This document shows positions 61,027-64,000 of a DNA stretch of 64,000 nucleotides, in pieces; the first letter of the stretch is position 1, and each line of letters opens with the position of its first letter. Below the pieces are notes generated by a model, which saw only the letters and a list, made by a program, of their open reading frames with translations, did no database searches and was not told the origin of the DNA. The stretch comes from Eremomyces bilateralis CBS 781.70. Taxonomy: Eukaryota. Both the position numbers and the translations under genes were made by a program. The DNA lies in the NCBI GenBank assembly GCA_010015585.1, contig ML975173.1; one strand, given 5' to 3'.

Positions 61027-62990
61027 TTACATCACCACGCAGCACGTACAGCCCTTTTTCTTCCCGGCTTTCTCATCGTCCACCGGCTCCTGAACTCGCA
61101 CGGGTCTTTGGTTAAGATCCAATCCTTGTGGCTGTCCTGCACTCAGTTTCGACCCCCCAATAGAAGGACTGGTAGCCGCCACTCCTCGGAGGCTGGGCGT
61201 GATTTTATACCCGCCATGGCTCTCGCTCGTGCCGGGCCGCGGGCTGCCGTTGGCTTCTTTTGGCAACGTAGGCGACGGCAACGGCCACTCCAGGTCGATA
61301 TTCCTCCCGTCATCATCGGCCTCGGCACCCCGGTGAGCGCCTTTGATCTCGGCGGCGCTGCCCGCGCTGCTGCGCACCGGAGGAGCGTAGTCGGCGGCAT
61401 TGAGTAGGCGGAAATCCCGGTCGTACGCGGACCCGGTCTTCCCTTCGCTTTCCCAGCGCTCCTGCGCCATGCGTTTGGCGTGCGTCGGAAGCATTTGCTG
61501 ATCGGGGGGAAGACGGGGGTCGGGCTTGTACATGGACGCGAGCCACGGGGGGTCGCCTTCGGGGGCCGCGTGCGAGGTGGACGGACGGCCGGACGAGGTG
61601 CCGGGGCGTTTTTCGGGGGATTTGGCGCCGCGGTTCGTGTTCGAGACGACGCGGGGTTTGGATGCGGAAGGAATTCCCCGTTTAGTCACGGACCCTTTCT
61701 TATTGGCTCGTGGTGGGCTGGAGGAAGGGGATTGGCCAGGAGAAACGGTCGTCTTCCTCCGCGGGGGAGAGTCCGTAGGCGTCTGCAATTCAGCATCGTC
61801 CAGGAGAACTTGACTTCCGGCACTCCGGCTCCGAGCACGGCTATGGCCGTTCCTAGGGAATGCGACGCCGCCGTCCATCGATCCCCAGGCTCCGGATCCA
61901 TTGCGACTGCGCGAAAGCGGAGAGTCTCGATCGACCATATCCGAAGACACTGGGACGGGAGACATCTTTGCAATGGGGATTCTAGATGTGCTTGGTCGGA
62001 GGATTCGGCTCGGATAGGGAGAACTTCCCCAGGATTCCGGTTCGACCATATCGGCAGCTACCTCTTCTGGCGTGCGTAGTTCGAAGTCGATTGCCCCATC
62101 TTCCGCTTCGTCTTCCGCAGGGATGGGTGAGATCCTTCTTTGCTTCTTTTCCTCCCGTTCACGACCATGCCCTGGCTCTCCGTTTATCTCATCCCCATGG
62201 TCATGAAATCGGTTCCGCGAACTGCTTGCCGACCGGCTTCCAGAGCGGCTCGCCGGCAAGCGGAATCCCGCCTCCTCCAGCTCCCGGCTTTCAATCTGGG
62301 CCAACTTATCCCGATGGATCCAGAAGTCGTGATCAAAGGCGGCTCCGAGCCCGCCAGGGATCGGGGCAGAGCTGGATTGCGATAAATTCGGCGACATGCC
62401 TTTTGAGCTGCTCGATAGCTTTCGTTTCCCTCCATGATCGGCCGAGTGCGGAAGGTTTCGTGCCTCCGCCGAGGGAGCCTTATAAAGATCCCCAAAACCG
62501 TCGGGGTCACTTCCCATGCTTGATTTGCTGTGTTTCTTGGAAACGGGGTTCGATCGAGGGGCGTGTTGAGCGAGGTGCTTTCCGTTTGTCGTACTTGTAG
62601 AGAGATTTGATTCGAGGGTATCGGACCTGTTTGGCCTTTGTTCGTTGGTTCCGGTGTGTTGCATGAGAGGTTGACGCGGTGCACCATTCGCTATGGGTGT
62701 TTCGGACGGGTTGGTATCACCCGAATCGATGTTCTACTTGTAGCGTTAGCAATGTCAAATGGGGCTGGCTATGTGACCTAGTGCGGCCCAAAATGCCAAA
62801 TGTTTAGACGCGATGCAGTGCAGCAACAATTGCACCGTGACAGGATTGAGCGCTCTGGGTAGGAATTGCCCTGGTGAAGATAATATGTCCCACTGCTTAC
62901 CTCACGTTCCACGGGAACAGCGTAATCCCAGGATGATTGACTCGAAATAGTAGTGTGAACAGGAATCGGTTGCGCAGAAACGGTCGTCAT
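61027..62990 (-). CDS. teaR: Prenylated cell-end marker TeaR (Mod5-like TeaA receptor)
   Basis: WIHRDKLAQIE and PEGDPPWLASMYKPDPRLPPDQQMLPTHAKR motifs, CAAX end KKKGCTCCVVM. Exon 1 62990-62901; intron 62900-62734 (GTAAGC..GCTAAC..TAG) is in frame. Confidence 0.88.
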
Positions 62991-64000
62991 CGCGTGTTTC
63001 TCGCGAGCAAAAGACCCAGTACCGGAAGGTCTGATATGAATTAGAGAGGGAGCGCGTCCACTCTCATATTAATTCAGATCGGCGGCGCGGACGGGTCGAA
63101 AAGAAGGACCAGGACGGTTTGGTTCAGGGAATCTTCGCTCTTCAATGCCCTGATCCTGGAATAATTCTTATGACAACAGCATGGAGAGCGACTGGGTCCA
63201 GAAAGGGTAAAGTTGCTCGTGCTCAGGTCATAAGTGGTCGAAATGGATTGTGTAACGGCGAAGAAGGACAAAGGAAGTCAGGGACCAAAAAAGTGGTGGA
63301 GCGCGGTGTTTGGCGGTTGGAGGGTGAGACGACGAGGATGAAGAGGATTTTTGTGGTGGAAGACACGCTCACAATTGCATATGGTATAAACAGATGAAAG
63401 CCAGGAGGCAATGAGTGACAGTGGTCGGGGCAATGACAGCGATGTGAGGAGAAACGAACAATCACGGAGAGGAGACGATGAAGGAAGGATGAAGCACGAG
63501 GATGCTGAGACGGCTGTCAACTTGTCAAGTGAGGAGCAATGGTTGGGGCGAGTGATTGGCTAGATGGTCGGAGCCAGGGACACCCCCTTATTGCTTTTAG
63601 CTGCAATATTTGCTATCGCCAACCACGGCCAATGATCACCGTGCAGGAATCATCAGAAATGCATTGCTATGTACGTAGTACGACGGTATTGATTTAATGC
63701 TCGCGGGAACGGGTGGTTTGTTTGGATCCCACGCCTTACTTAATTACATTGGACGCGTCTGGCGTTTGTTGGAGAGCGGTTCTCTTACCATACCGGTCCC
63801 AAACAATTGCAACCCATCTAGAAACCAACCTGGAAATCGACTGCCCGACTGTCTAAATTGCAAAAGTCGACCAGCAGCCTCACGAGTCACGACTCTGGCA
63901 CACGCTCCCCACTCCCCAGGTGCTGAATTAAAGCTGAAATGAACCAGGAGGACAAGGATGGGCTAACGGTGGGCGATGGGGGCATCTGGCACGCACAAGC

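Overview
Gene-dense, intron-containing eukaryotic DNA from a filamentous ascomycete (Pezizomycotina-type GT-AG introns of about 50 nt with CTRAC branch sites). From about 5.5 kb to the end it is mostly conserved housekeeping genes: Swi5/Ace2-type TF, ubiquitin-eS31, Sec24 paralog, MCM2, UBR7/Mlo2, an FKBP-membrane protein fusion, AIP1, PTH11-like protein, MFS transporter, aldo-keto reductase, ERD2-like, Myb-like, HsbA, DOMON-cytochrome b561, pyroglutamyl peptidase, ANT1, PhoD, RAD21, PMR1 and TeaR. The first 4.3 kb is different and holds the main result: an apparent amyloid-signalling cell-death module. A NACHT-WD40 NLR lies head-to-head with a HeLo-like effector gene. A short first exon of the NLR, absent from the ORF track, encodes QRISDATAKDGSLVIAG. 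This matches 11 of 17 residues of the second of two C-terminal pseudo-repeats in the effector (QDISDVTADGHSVVIAG), the same architecture as NWD2/HET-S. Other notable items are a 240-bp MITE-like inverted-repeat element, MCB/SCB-like CGCG clusters upstream of replication and cohesion genes, and a single-stop pseudogene-like frame. Gene identities come from recognising motifs by eye; no database searches were run.
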